Source: Eledone cirrhosa (taxonomy: Eukaryota). From it: DNA of 64,000 bases. The stretch spans positions 53,444,001 to 53,508,000 of the forward strand of contig OZ024745.1 of assembly GCA_964016885.1 (NCBI GenBank), in the 5' to 3' direction. The stretch's first letter is position 1. The number at the start of each line of letters is the position of its first letter. The position numbers were made by a program, and so were the translations under genes. Below, one piece after another: positions 27,175-47,260 of this stretch. The notes under the pieces were generated by a model. That model searched no databases and was not told where the DNA came from. It saw only the letters and a list, made by a program, of their open reading frames with translations.

Positions 27175-27245
27175 TATTTTATCTGATGAGAACGCAGATA
27201 TCATCCCATGATGATATTTGTTTTTGAAATGCGCATAATAAAATA
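27175..27245 (+). ncRNA. Type I hammerhead, family C (also 23538-23608 -, 38802-38872 -, 38982-39052 +, 43398-43468 -, 43578-43648 +)
   Basis: UAUUUUAU CUGAUGA GAAC-GCAGAUAUCAU...AUGAUAUUUGU-UUUU GAAA UGCGCA UA^AUAAAAUA. Stem I is 8 bp, stem II is long and stem III is the palindrome AUGCGCAU. Pairing is preserved in the diverged 38-43 kb copies. Confidence 0.88.
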
Positions 27246-27253
27246 CTTGGAAC

Positions 27254-27442
<189 letters not shown>

Positions 27443-27673
27443 TCGAGAGTTGAGAGAGGTGATGTAGTGATGCTAATTATGAATATTAACAATATGACAG
27501 AGTCAAAATAAGTGAAGGGTGTGTTTTGTACAGTAAATAGAAACACGGTAAAATATGACTTCGCAAGACTGAAAAAATTCAACTACGAGAAAATATTCAT
27601 GCAGAGAGGAACGTAAAGCTCCCTCCAGTTGTGTTTAAAATCTTAAATCAACGAGGAAAAGAAATAACAGCAA

Positions 27674-27855
27674 TAATTGTTTCTACTTTTTGGCACAAGG
27701 CCAGCAATTAACCAGTGCATTACCGGTACTTTATTTTATCGACCCCGTAAGGATGAAAGGCAAAGTTAACCTCGGCGGGATTTGAACTCAGATCGTAAAG
27801 GGACGTAACTCTATGCTTCAAAGCATGGTGTCCGACTCTCTACCGATACTGCCAA
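27674..27855 (-). mobile_element. tRNA-derived SINE (same family)
   Basis: A box, B box and core as above. Confidence 0.88.
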
Positions 27856-28979
27856 CCAATAATATTAGCTGGTTCAACAGTCTTAGAAAATATAGAGGAT
27901 GCATATAAATGTGAAGCTTGTCAAGATTCGCACCTATCTGCGTTGTTTCTATTTTCCAAAACTTTCATTTGGTTGACATCTTTGAAATTATCTCCCTTGC
28001 AATTTTTTAATGAATTTTTAAACACACTCATTGGGGATTTTTGATATCGATAAACTCAAATTTTCGACACATTTCAACTCACTATTTTACCATATTTTTA
28101 TTCGGTATGCAGTTCGCTCGACAGAAATATTGTCTCTTCAGCTATATTATTATTAAGTACAATCCAAAATGGTTGGTACGAGGATCAAATGAAGTGATAT
28201 AGTTAATTAGAATCAAATCCCCATTGCAGACATAGCTTTCTAGGTAGACGCTTCATTCCTCTAAAACTGTCGCGCCGAAACATACAATATATCAGTTTTA
28301 TCACGTGATTTGGTCACGAATTGAACACAACCAAACGTCAAGTTTAGAACAAAATTCAATTACTCTGTTGTATGTCACTATATCAAATAAGCAGAAATGA
28401 GCAATTCATAAAATTGAATATATGATAACAAGATTAGACTTCATTCTTTGTCATCACTAAAAGTAATATTTTTTTCACATATTAGAATAAAATCAGGTAA
28501 AATTACCGCCTGGACCTAGCGTTAGTCATGATACACAGCTCTAGCTCTGTTTTTCTCTCGCTCTCTTTCTAACACGTTTTCTCTATATTGGTGGTCATAA
28601 CTTTATTTTTAAAAGTCTTCATTTTATTTTCTCCCGTATTTTTTTATTCAATTTCTTCTCTTAATAATATAGATCAAATAAGCCAAAGAGAAATAAATAG
28701 CACTATCACTCGCATTCTACAAATCCCTAAGGGTAGAGCAGACTATGCAGTACTCTTCATTTTCTATCTATTGAGACGCCTGTTCATCTTCTGTTGTTTT
28801 TTTATGGTTATAAGTGGATAATAATTAGTGTATTGAATTTGTAGGTCACAAAACAATAGTTTATTTAATTACGCCCTCTGCTATAAACTTGATAAAATGG
28901 TGCTTTTAGGGACGGTGAAAGAAAAGCAAGAACGACTTGTAAATGACTTCACAGACACACACACAGACATGCCTATGTC

Positions 28980-29070
<91 letters not shown>

Positions 29071-29289
29071 CTAATCTCTTTGTGTTAAAAGATCTCCTGT
29101 GCAAACAAACATGACATATCTTGAAAAAAAAAACTCGTCAATGATGAGTGATAGCTATTTTAAATAAAGACAATTTTTTCTATTGTTTCATTTTTTTTTT
29201 TTTATTCTTCATTTTGTTTGTGATTGCAGCTTTACTTATCGTTGTTTATGTATCAAACTGAAATATTACTTGCTATTTATATTTCTTAT

Positions 29290-29404
29290 CAACATCACCA
29301 TCATATGCATCATGATCATCAGCTCCATCATCACCAACGTCATCATCATCATCATCAACAACAACATAATCATAACCATCATCATCGTCTTCGTCATCGT
29401 CGTT

Positions 29405-29438
<34 letters not shown>
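29290..29438. repeat. (CAT)n-rich microsatellite
   Basis: Direct reading of the sequence. Confidence 0.9.
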
Positions 29439-30289
29439 GCGTCAAACTTTTCTTTATTATTTCTAAATTTTCTGTGATGTGTCGTCCATAACACATTTGT
29501 CAGTTGTCTTCATGAAATTCTCCGCTTAGTGCAAGTTCAAAAATTTTTAATTTGATATTCTTTTCTTTCTATTATTGTTTTTCGCTTCTAAAGCTTATAT
29601 ATGATCAAAATAGTATTTTTTATGATGTCGGTGTTGTTTAGTTATTTTTGTTGTTGTTATTTGGAACTATTAGACCAATATTTGGCATTTTTGACAACCT
29701 AACCAAATTTCCACTCTAGGGATTATTTTTTTTTTTTTTAACTAGGTCTCAAATCCCACTTGTATTGAAAACAATTATGGTCGCTATAAAGGAGAGAGTG
29801 AAAAAAACGTTTCCAGAATGATTGATAATTCTTCTATAAATGACAGATATTTTGTTTTCATTGCTGGTGCATTAGTAGAGTGAAAAAAAAAATAAGACAA
29901 GCATTTTATAGTTTCCTGTTATTTTAAATATAATATAGAAAATATAGAACATACTCTATTGAATGTGTTAGCCGTAGCTAAGCAAGTCTATAAACTGTTT
30001 CAAATGAACACTACACAGTTCAAATCTCAGCAAACAAGGATGCAATGTAACTATGCTAAATATAATTCATTAAGCAGCTAAATAGAGTTGAGTTGGCTAT
30101 TTAATAGATGAGTCAGGATTTTGAAATAGACGAAATAGAAAGAATAAAAGAGCCACATGAAAATAGACAGGGATGTGTTCGCCTCGAAGCATGGCTGTTC
30201 AGGATGGAGTGGTATATAATACTTATATTTTTCTCCCCAGACATATATATATCTATTTGTATATGCAATACAATTTATGTACATGTTAT

Positions 30290-31240
30290 GTAGAGATAGA
30301 TGGGAGAGATCGATACATATGTAGAAAGAGGTGGAGAGTTTCGTGGTAATTGATATAGAGAGTATGGTTGGGAGAGTGTGTTGTACGTTAGATATTGAGA
30401 GGAGAGGAGTTTGGTAGTGATGGTAAGAGCAAGAGGGAATGAGAGAGTGTTGTATAGTAAATATAGAGAGGGGGTAGTTTCGTGGTAATTGATATAGTGA
30501 GAGGGTTGGGAGAGTGTGTTGTATATTAGAATATAGAGGGGGGGGGGGGGAGATTGATATTTATTGATATAGAGAGGGGGATTGGAAGAGGGATCCATGT
30601 AGGAGATATAAAGAGATGGAGAGTTTGGTGCTAGCTTATATAGAAAGAGGTATTGGAAGAGAGTTCCGTGTAGTACATATAGAGAAGCGGAGAGTTCGGT
30701 GCTAATTGCTATAAAGAGATGGATTGGAAGAGAGTGCTGAGTAGTAGATATAGAGAAGGATAAAGTTTAGTGTAAATTGACATAGAGAGGGATATTGAAA
30801 AAGAGTTCGGTGTAATAGATATAGAGAGGGGGGAGAGTTTGGTGTTAATTGATATAGAGAGGGTGGTTGAAAGAGAGTTCCGTGCAGTAGATAAAGAGAG
30901 GTGGAGAGTTTGAGGTGGATTGGGAGAGAGAGTGTCGTGTAGTAGATATAGAGAGGTGTAGATTTCAATGCTTGTAAATATAATGAGGGTATATATTGAG
31001 AGATATATATTGCTAAATATATAGAGGGGATTAGGAGAGTCAGTATCATAAAATATCAAGAATGAAGGGGGGTGGATAGAGGGAGAATGTTTACGAGAGA
31101 GTGTGGTAGAGATGGCAAGGGGGAGATTTTTTAGATGATTGATATAAAGAGCGGGTATTGGGAGTGTGTTTTTCATGTTAGATATAGATAGGGTCAGAAT
31201 TTGGTGGTTGTAGATATAGATAAAGGATAATGGGACAGGG
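30290..31240. repeat. Degenerate purine-rich minisatellite, period about 65-70 bp
   Basis: Recurring ...GTAGATATAGAGAGG..GAGAGTTTGGTG.TAATTGATATAGAGAG...TTGGAAGAGAGT... blocks. Confidence 0.7.
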
Positions 31241-31461
31241 TCCAAAATAATCGGATGTGTTGGAATGAAGGGGTGTAGGGCTTGGGAAATCGGTTATTGT
31301 ATAGCTTACGTTCGTAAATAGGGGATTTCTTGCAATTTTCTTTTTTGTCGTATATAAGGTTTTTGTTTGTTTTTTAATATAAAATAAATAATTATACCTG
31401 GGAGTACGTCAATTATTGGCAGACATAAAAATGAAAAATCAATACCGAAGTAGAGTTTAAA

Positions 31462-31613
31462 TATTAATTTATTATGGATAAGCGATGAGCCTTGTTACTC
31501 TGGAGTTTATCCTGTGTACTTACAGGATCATCAGATATGACTGGTGATCCCCTGAGTGTGCAGGTGAAACTTTAGAGTAACACAGCTCACCAATAGCCAT
31601 AATAAATCAATAT
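31462..31613. repeat. Old imperfect palindrome made of two divergent decayed hammerheads
   Basis: Minus strand: CTGATGA TCCTG..CAGGA tAAA CTCCAGAG TA. Plus strand: CTGgTGA...GAAA CTTTAGAG TA. The cores are 6 nt apart at the centre (~31537). Confidence 0.6.
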
Positions 31614-31628
31614 ACATATATATGTATA

Positions 31629-31775
31629 TACGAGGTGTGTCAGTAAAGTTCCAGGACTGATGTCACAAAAGATTAATTTCAAACGCAAATATCACACTAG
31701 CAGTTTTCTCCTTCAAAGTAATCCCCCTCGAGTATGTAACTGTAATTTTAGCTCTCTGCAGCGATCAAACTTTTT
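31629..31775 (+). mobile_element. Possible Tc1/mariner left end
   Basis: TA-CGAGGTGTGTCAGTAAAGTTCC resembles mariner TIRs and is followed by TTCAAAGTAATCCCC. No matching right TIR or transposase was seen. Confidence 0.5.
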
Positions 31776-31780
31776 TCTTC

Positions 31781-31836
<56 letters not shown>

Positions 31837-31843
<7 letters not shown>

Positions 31844-32714
31844 ATGCTTTGGGAGGGTCATGTTGCCAATAAGAAACACACGCACCAGTTGCTTTCACTT
31901 CAATTTATTATAAATTAAATTTATAAATTTAGGAATTTATAAATTTAGGTTGGTTGGTTTCACAACCAGACGATTGTTCATATATTGTCAAAGTTCTTTC
32001 GTCACACATTCTGTGACATCTTCAGTGACTGGGGATTTTTTTCTTGGTTTTTGTACCTCTCCTTTGTTCTGTCCTACGCCATATTGTTTGTGTGTGTGTT
32101 GTGTGCTTGGTTTGCATAGAAATAAAAATAGAATCTACACACAGAAAAGACGCAATGTTTAGACAAATCACAGAGGCAATAAACATAAATGAAATAAAAA
32201 TAGAATCTACACACAGAAAAGATGCAATGTTTAAACAAATCACAGAGGCAATAAACATAAATGAACTCCAACCAAATTAAATAGAAAACATGAATGGAAT
32301 AGCAATATCACAACTTACAATTAAGGACAAAATAAAAACACACACACACATAGAACAAACAAACAACCAGTAACATGTAAATAAACAAATAAATAAACAA
32401 ATATAAACACACACAGACACCCGGATGTAACACATGCGCAAACTAAGCACACAACACACACAAAAATAAGATGGTGTAGAACAGAACAAAGGAGAGGCAC
32501 AAAAACAAAGAAAAGAATCCCCAGTCACTGAAGAGGTCACAGAATGTGTGACGAAAGAACTTTGACAATATATGAACAATCGTCTGGTTGTGGAACCAAC
32601 CAACCAACCGGAAATTTATAAATTCCTAAATTTATAAATTTAATTTATAATAAATTGAAGTGAAAGCAACTGGTGCGTGTCTTTCTTATTGGCAACATGA
32701 CCCTCCAAAAGCAT

Positions 32715-32720
<6 letters not shown>
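31837..32720. mobile_element. Inverted-repeat element in (TA)n with a divergent hammerhead pair and an internal 72-bp tandem duplication
   Basis: Arms ~31837-32113 / ~32438-32720 are clearly diverged. The duplication spans 32120-32263. Confidence 0.82.
32524..32566 (+). ncRNA. Minimal type I hammerhead with one extra core nucleotide (mirror copy 31987-32029 -)
   Basis: GUCA CUGAAGA g GUCACA-GAAUG-UGUGAC GAAA GAAC UU^UGAC. Confidence 0.7.
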
Positions 32721-32786
<66 letters not shown>

Positions 32787-32790
32787 ATGT

Positions 32791-35088
32791 ATTACACCCG
32801 TCGATAGAACAACCCTCAACACCAGGAACACGTTTTGCAGGTGTTCCTGTCTTCCCTCTGTTTATCTTCCTCAACCTACAGGTTTATATACAGAGAAGGC
32901 CAATTCACTCGAGCCATTTTTGTCACATTCACCCACCTTTCAGCGATTTTACTCTCACCTTCCTTCTGAAGTGATACTTAAAGAAGGGGATAAGTTGTTG
33001 TCCGGAGAAAAAGGTGTTTGCCCTCAGTCTTTTTAACCTCGTCCACCATATTACCTCTTTCGCCATAGCCACCAGACAGAGGAAAAACGCCTCTTCGCCC
33101 TTAAATGAAGACGGCGGCGTGATCCTCGCGATGGACTCGGCTGACAACTGGATGCGTCCCACACGTGACAGCAGCTGTTCGACATAATTCCACAGGTCGG
33201 TCACCCCTGGGCACTGAACAATTGCGTTCAGAACGGTTTCGATGTCCTGCTCGCATCTTGGAGAGGTCCTTTTGGAGGGTCTCTGCCAGGGCGTCCGTGC
33301 CTGTAGATTTTGTCTCGAACTAGTAGAGCTCCTCGGTAGCACTGCCAGGCCAGAGACCTCTGGAAGTTATCAATAGGCCCTGGACGGAAAGTCCTCCCGA
33401 ACAGACTGGTCAGTTGGTCCTCCTCGATGCCTAGAGTTTCTCCGAGAACGTCGTCGCACTTATCCTCCACTAATCCCTTATAGAATGTCGAAGTGGAGTC
33501 TCCGCTGATTGCCGTTTCCGCTTGGTAGAGAGCTGTGAGCGCCTGTAGGCACTCGAGGTGCCAGGCACCCATTTTCGGTCTTCGCTTGACCCAGGACTGC
33601 AGCTCTGATAGTGAGACGAGTTATGGAAGAGCTTGTCTCACAAACGACAGCCACACCGGTTCACCGGTCAAGAATAACTGGAGATGGCGTAGCCTCAACG
33701 CATGTTTGCGCATTATCAGCCATGGCATGCCCAGCCCTCCGTTAGAAGGGTGTTGACAGCAGATGGATCTCCTCACCAATGGAGCCTGTTTCTTCCAGAG
33801 GAACTTGAAGTGTAGGCGTTCCATTTTGGTAAGGTATTCGCGGGGGCAAGGCACGACTGTCAAGCGGTAGTAGATGACGGACGCTATATAAGTGTTCGCC
33901 ACCTCCGCTCGACCTTTCAAGGAGAGTTTGCACTCAGCCCACTTCTGGGTGAGTGCAAACACCTTCTCCGTGACCTCGTTCCAGTTCTTGTCCACCTGGA
34001 GGTCTGGACCGAACGAGACCCCGAGAAATTTCACCGGTCCTTCCGTCCAGCGTCCAACGACACTGTCGGAAAGCATGGGTTTGCCTCTCCATGTGCCGAG
34101 TTGCAAACGGACAGACTTGTTTGGGTTTAGTCTTGCTCCTGTCAACGTTTCATATTCCTGTAATAGGTTGCCGATTACCCTGATTTCCGAGGTTTTCGAC
34201 ACCATTACGGTTATGTCGTCGGCATAGGCTGACGCTGCTTTCCGCAGTCCTGGTTCGATCGGGATGTCCTGCAACATCTCCAATTTCCGCATTAACGGCT
34301 CGAGAGTCAGTACACACAGAATGGAGGAGAGAGGGCATCCCTGACGGATGGAACGCATGATTTGGAATGGCTCTGATAGGTAGCCATTCACTTTGACTGC
34401 CGAGCAGATGCTGGTGTGCATGACAGCTATCCATCCTCTGAAGACGGGACCGAAGCCGGCCGCCTTGAGAACTGCTTCCAAGTATTGATGGTCGACCCTA
34501 TCAAATGCCTTAGACTGATCTAAATTGATCAGAGCCCCACCAAAGCCAAGTTTACACCCTACCCTCTCTATGATGTATCGCATGAGGTGGAGGTTGTCAT
34601 GTATGGGCCTGGTCGGGATTACACACCTTGGCCAAAATCTTTAACTGTGTTGAGCAGAGTTATGGGCCTGAAATTGATTATCTCATCCCCCTTGATCTCA
34701 TCTTTCCTGATCAGCGTTACTACGCCTCTGCCTACAGAACTGGGAATCCTCCCGTTCTGCTGCTAGTTGCAGTATACCGCTTCGAGGACGCCAGAGAACA
34801 AGTCTGGCATGCCTATGTAAAACTCATAGGGTAGACCATCTAAACCGTTTCCCGCGGTGGCCTAGGGCATCTTCTATTTCGCCCGCTGTGATCGGCCTTT
34901 CGCAGCTCTCCGCAACCGTGCTCGAGAGTCGCGGTACGCCGTCGAGGTAGGAGCTGAAGTCCATCACCTTGCTCGATGTACCGCTTTGCCCGAACAGTTG
35001 TGCAAAATGCTGCTGGAAGGCCGCGTACATCTGCTTGGATTCAAGTATAATGCGTCCATCTTTGTCTTGCAAAGACCGAATTGTGGAT
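32791..35088 (-). mobile_element. Tx1/L1-clade LINE, 5'-truncated, disrupted ORF2, 5' junction in (TATC)n
   Basis: ORF pieces 34824-35072, 33621-34583 (LDQSKAFDRV, RQGCPLS, YADD), 33228-33572 and 32929-33342. Confidence 0.93.
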
Positions 35089-35090
35089 TT

Positions 35091-35122
<32 letters not shown>

Positions 35123-35146
35123 TATAGATAGATAGATAGATAGATA
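35089..35146. repeat. (GATA)n tract between two Tx1 copies
   Basis: Direct reading of the sequence. Confidence 0.95.
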
Positions 35147-35923
35147 TGTTTCTTTATTAGCCACAGGGGCTCAAAAGAAGGGGACAAATACAAAGGGGGA
35201 AGTTTACATACAATAAAAACGTGTAAAATGTTATCACAAATGCAATTTAAATAGTTAGTCGATTTTCCCCAATAGGGAGAGACAGTTCATATGGGTAACA
35301 CATACCCCCGAAAAAATGTGCAACCCTCAACTCCAGGAGTACGAAGAGTTTGTACTCCTTTCCTCTCCTCCTCCTTTTCCTCAACCTACAGGCTGATATA
35401 GAGAGAAGGCCCATTCACTCGGGTCATTCTCGCCACTTTCACCCACCTTTCATAAAACTTGTGGAGTACAGCACCTCTCTCTCCATCCTGATTCTTCTTC
35501 CAAAGTGGTATTTGAAAAAAAGAATCAGTTGTTGGCCGGAGAGAAAGGTGTCTGACCTCAGCCCTTTCAACCTTGTCCACCATATAACCTCTTTCGCCAT
35601 AGCTATCACACAAAGGAAAACCACCTCTCCTTCGTTTTTGAAGGAGGGTGGCGGTTTGATCATGACAATGGACTCGGTGGTCAACCTGATTGGTCCCACC
35701 CGCGACAATAGTCGTTCTACATAGCCCCACAGCTCAGTGACGCCCCGGCAGTGTATAAATGCGGGCGCGACGGTTTCTTCGTTACGCACGCACCTCGGAC
35801 AGATCTTTTTTGCAGGGTCCCTGCCCGGGCGCCCATGTCTGTCGGAAGGCATCGTCTTGCCTCTCCACGATCCGAGTTGCAAACCGACGGACTTGTCCCG
35901 GTTCAGCTTCGCTCCTGTGAACC
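35147..35923 (-). mobile_element. Short Tx1 copy, 5'-truncated and internally deleted, with (GATA)n on both sides
   Basis: QLGSWRGKTMPSD is fused directly to RHGRPGRDPAKKICPRC. The 3' end is GGCTAATAAAGAAACA(TATC)n, and another (GATA)n lies at 35925-36006. Confidence 0.92.
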
Positions 35924-35948
35924 TTAGATAGATAGCTAGCTAGCTAGC

Positions 35949-36006
<58 letters not shown>

Positions 36007-37099
36007 TGCCTTTGTATTTAATTTTGCAATCATATTTTCATTGCATCATGGCAACAGAGGAAACATGCCATCGTTACGCATGAAAAGTTTTGGGCTAGTG
36101 GTTTCAGTTGAATGAATAAAATATTCTATACCCTACTTCTGATATTGATTACTTATTCTCCCGTTCGCTATGACTGGATGATTTGATGCAAGTATATGCA
36201 TGTATGCCTTATATACACACACATATATGTGTGTGCGCGCGTATATATATATGTGTGTGTGTGTGTGTATGTGTGCATATATATATATAAGTGTTTGTGG
36301 AAGTATTGTTAATCAACAGTCAAATCTCAGTTATCCGAACTAGATTTTGAATATTTGATTCGCCATAAAGTGTGTAACCCAAACTCAAGAGGAATAAAAG
36401 TTACATCACAGAAGTCTTTCTAATACAGGTACAATGATCACATCTCAGGTGATCATTTTAAACAATATCAAAAGTATTTTAGCTATTACCAGCCACTGAT
36501 ATGTTGAAGGATTTAAACGCATGCCAAAATCATATATTCTACCACATAAATCCAATCACATATATTTACATGTCTATGAAGAGCTACAAAATACTTTTAA
36601 CTGACGAAAGTAAACGCGAGAATTTACGGATTTTTTATCGTGAATATTGCAGAGGAGTACAATATTTTATTGATTAAATTACGTGAAACTCTGTTAAACA
36701 AGTTTTCCCTGGTAACAATGATCAGTATGGTTTCCTTTGATAACAATCGGATTAGTTGTTTCAACAATCTGTTGTTCGGAGAAACTATTCGCTTTTATTT
36801 CTGATAATCAAGGTTTTATTTCATATTTAACCAACAATACACCAGTAAATAAACTGAAATATAGAAAGTGTAACAGGGCAGGTGAAGTACCGGATACATT
36901 AACATGACATTTGTCCGCTTATCTCGAGTACTCAGAACCCAGGGTAGAGTCTAAGTGGAAAAACTACTAAAGAATACCGGATACAAATGATAATATAATT
37001 GAAGTTTAATAAATTTTGCTATTCCCGGATATATGTCCTTCTTATCTCTTTCTCTCTCACTACTTTCTCTACCACCCCCTCTCATTCTCTCCTTCTCTC

Positions 37100-37299
37100 N
37101 NNNNNNNNNNNNNNNNNNNNNNNNNNNNNNNNNNNNNNNNNNNNNNNNNNNNNNNNNNNNNNNNNNNNNNNNNNNNNNNNNNNNNNNNNNNNNNNNNNNN
37201 NNNNNNNNNNNNNNNNNNNNNNNNNNNNNNNNNNNNNNNNNNNNNNNNNNNNNNNNNNNNNNNNNNNNNNNNNNNNNNNNNNNNNNNNNNNNNNNNNNN
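37100..37299. other. Assembly gap (200 N)
   Basis: Run of N. Confidence 1.
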
Positions 37300-37413
37300 T
37301 CAAGCTTGTTAGCTGTCGTCAGCAACGTATACCTTCCTGCCAGATAGTTGAACGTCCGAAAGCATATACTTTCCTTATGCATATATATATATAGAGAGAG
37401 AGAGATAGATAAG

Positions 37414-37467
<54 letters not shown>

Positions 37468-37563
37468 TTTAAACAAATAATGAACAAACAATTCCTTATA
37501 TTAAACAAAAAAAGTTCATTATTTAACGATCGTTTCTAGGATATATATGTGTTATAATTGGTA

Positions 37564-37631
<68 letters not shown>

Positions 37632-37777
37632 TATATAAGTATATATATATATATATATATATACATATATATACATATATATATAAGTATATATATATAT
37701 ATAGATATATATATAGATATATATACATATATATATAAGTATATATGTATATTATATATATATATATATATATATAC

Positions 37778-37868
<91 letters not shown>

Positions 37869-37884
37869 TACATATATATATAAG

Positions 37885-37918
<34 letters not shown>

Positions 37919-37946
37919 TATACATATATATATACATATATATACA

Positions 37947-44469
<6,523 letters not shown>

Positions 44470-44733
44470 CTTCTTCTTCTCCCCCCCCCCCGTTAGACCT
44501 GTGCGAAATTCTTTCCTTGCTCACATTTCAACCAGGTTTGATGGTCTTTTGTCTCTTGTTCACGATTTCACCGAGTTTATATTCATAGAGATCTGGGACT
44601 TGTCTATTTCTTCTCACTTTCCGTTGCTTAAACCTTTTTGTTTGTTACCCTGGCGTCCCCTTTGTTTACGTGTCCCAACGACTTTTTTTAGCCGTTGTTC
44701 GCACCAACCTGAGGCATATGGCCCTTAAAGCGA

Positions 44734-44821
44734 TGAAATGCCTGGGTCGGTTGGAGGGTCACTGATGAAGGACTTACTTTTTCATATGCACCACCATTTG
44801 CAACGCGCAGCCATCATTATT

Positions 44822-44855
<34 letters not shown>

Positions 44856-45083
44856 TATAAATTCAGCGAGAATCGCATTTCGGCGGGTAGAAAAAGCGAA
44901 ACGTAACGCAAATTCCGAGTCATGTTGGCAAGCGCTCCATGGGCTAAAAAAGACAAGAGCAATAAACATAGGTTATAAAGGCCATACAAATTGAGAAGAC
45001 GGTCAAGAAGCCATTAACCACGTAAGCCAAAAAAACAAGTCAAGCTAAACAGGTCAGACAAAATAAATGACATAATCATATAT

Positions 45084-45118
<35 letters not shown>

Positions 45119-45855
45119 ATGCACTAAACTTCGGACTAAACTAAAACTCTCTAAAGAGTCACCTCCCTGTAACGTTACCTAATCCCTTTTCTTAAATAAA
45201 TTAAATATCATCCAGCATGAATTACCTCCCCTGCATATTAACTCTCTAAAAAGGGAAATCATATCAAATCCCAGACTACCATTTGCCTCCATCGTGGATC
45301 AACTAAGCACCCTTGCTACATTAACACATCTTGATCTCCTTATCTTCAAGAACTATGCCTGTAAATAACATTATTTTTTCTTTCACATTGCCTTATTATG
45401 CTCCACATTACCCCCCTTTTCTTCTTTTTTCTTTTTTCTTTTCACTTCATAAACCTTGTTTGTAAATAACATTATTCTTTCTGCACCATTTCTTTAACAT
45501 GTCCAACACCACCATTCTACACCAATATATATTATTATCATTTGATAATGCATAAAATGCTGCAACCGGTAATAGACAATTATTAAATATATAAATAAAT
45601 CAATAAATCAACTAATACCTTAACACTTCACACAAAGTAAAATATTTCGTTTTAATCATTTTCTAACCCAGAAAAAAGAGAGAAATAAATAAAAAGGGAA
45701 AAAAAAATAAATATGTTTCTTCCTAATAATCGTCTTTTTCTCCCTGTTTTCATATATATATATATTGTTTTAGCAGACAGTATTATTGATTTAGGTGTCA
45801 CCGAAACCCTGTACTGGATTTTACTATCAATTCCTAGGTTCCAGGTTTGTTATAT

Positions 45856-45934
<79 letters not shown>

Positions 45935-46153
45935 TATGTCATTTATTTTGTCTGACCTGTTTAGCTTGACTTGTTTTTTTGGCTTACGTGGTTAATGGCT
46001 TCTTGACCGTCTTCTCAATTTGTATGGCCTTTATAACCTATGTTTATTGCTCTTGTCTTTTTTAGCCCATGGAGCGCTTGCCAACATGACTCGGAATTTG
46101 CGTTACGTTTCGCTTTTTCTACCCGCCGAAATGCGATTCTCGCTGAATTTATA

Positions 46154-46191
<38 letters not shown>

Positions 46192-46280
46192 AATAATGAT
46201 GGCTGCGCGTTGCAAATGGTGGTGCATATGAAAAAGTAAGTCCTTCATCAGTGACCCTCCAACCGACCCAGGCATTTCAT
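44734..46280. repeat. Inverted repeat (arms ~44734-45080 / ~45930-46280) with an ~850-bp spacer
   Basis: AAGTATAAATTCAGCGAGAATCGC...GACATAATCA is mirrored at 45930-46160, and the repeat-D end is mirrored at 46186-46280. Confidence 0.88.
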
Positions 46281-46289
46281 CTATATATT

Positions 46290-46431
<142 letters not shown>

Positions 46432-46649
46432 ATGAAAGCGATAGAGAGAGATATACAAAGAGAGAAGAGTGAGAGAGAGAGAGAGATTGATAGATTATTT
46501 ATTTATTTATTTCCCCATACATTTGTTTTCAGTAAGATTTTAGTTGCAGACATTTGTACAATAACACCTGCTTCACTGGGACACACTTACTAATGAAGAG
46601 TGCAACTAACTCAATGAATTCCTATGTGTACCAGGAGCATAGTAATGTG

Positions 46650-46720
<71 letters not shown>

Positions 46721-46787
46721 ATGTATATGTATGTATATATACATATATGTATGTATGTATGTATATAGCAATGAGTAGGTTAGCGTA

Positions 46788-46925
46788 GATGAAGTACCGG
46801 ATACAAACCATGCTAGTTGTCCGCTTATCACTATTGGTAACGAATCCGGGATAGAGCTTAAGTAGACAAACAACTAAAGAATACCGGATACAAATGAATA
46901 TGTCAACTCGTTTAATATAATTCAG
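46788..46925. repeat. Dispersed repeat of unknown class, second copy at ~36882-37010
   Basis: Shared GAAGTACCGGATACA...TGTCCGCTTATC...ACTAAAGAATACCGGATACAAATGA. Confidence 0.7.
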
Positions 46926-47107
46926 TGTTTTATATCCTTCTGGCTTTCACGAGAGTGTATGTAGAGAACGAGAGAGAGAAAGAGAAACAGAGGCAAAGAG
47001 TGAGTGTAATTCTTTACATTTCATTAATATTAATGAATACCAAAAATGGTTCCTCAGAATATATTTTACATCTTCAATACACGAACGCAACAAATACACA
47101 TACATAC

Positions 47108-47156
<49 letters not shown>

Positions 47157-47161
47157 TGTGT

Positions 47162-47260
<99 letters not shown>

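Noticed and set aside
36951-37508. ORFs spanning 37.1-37.3 kb
   Set aside because: They are artefacts of the N gap.
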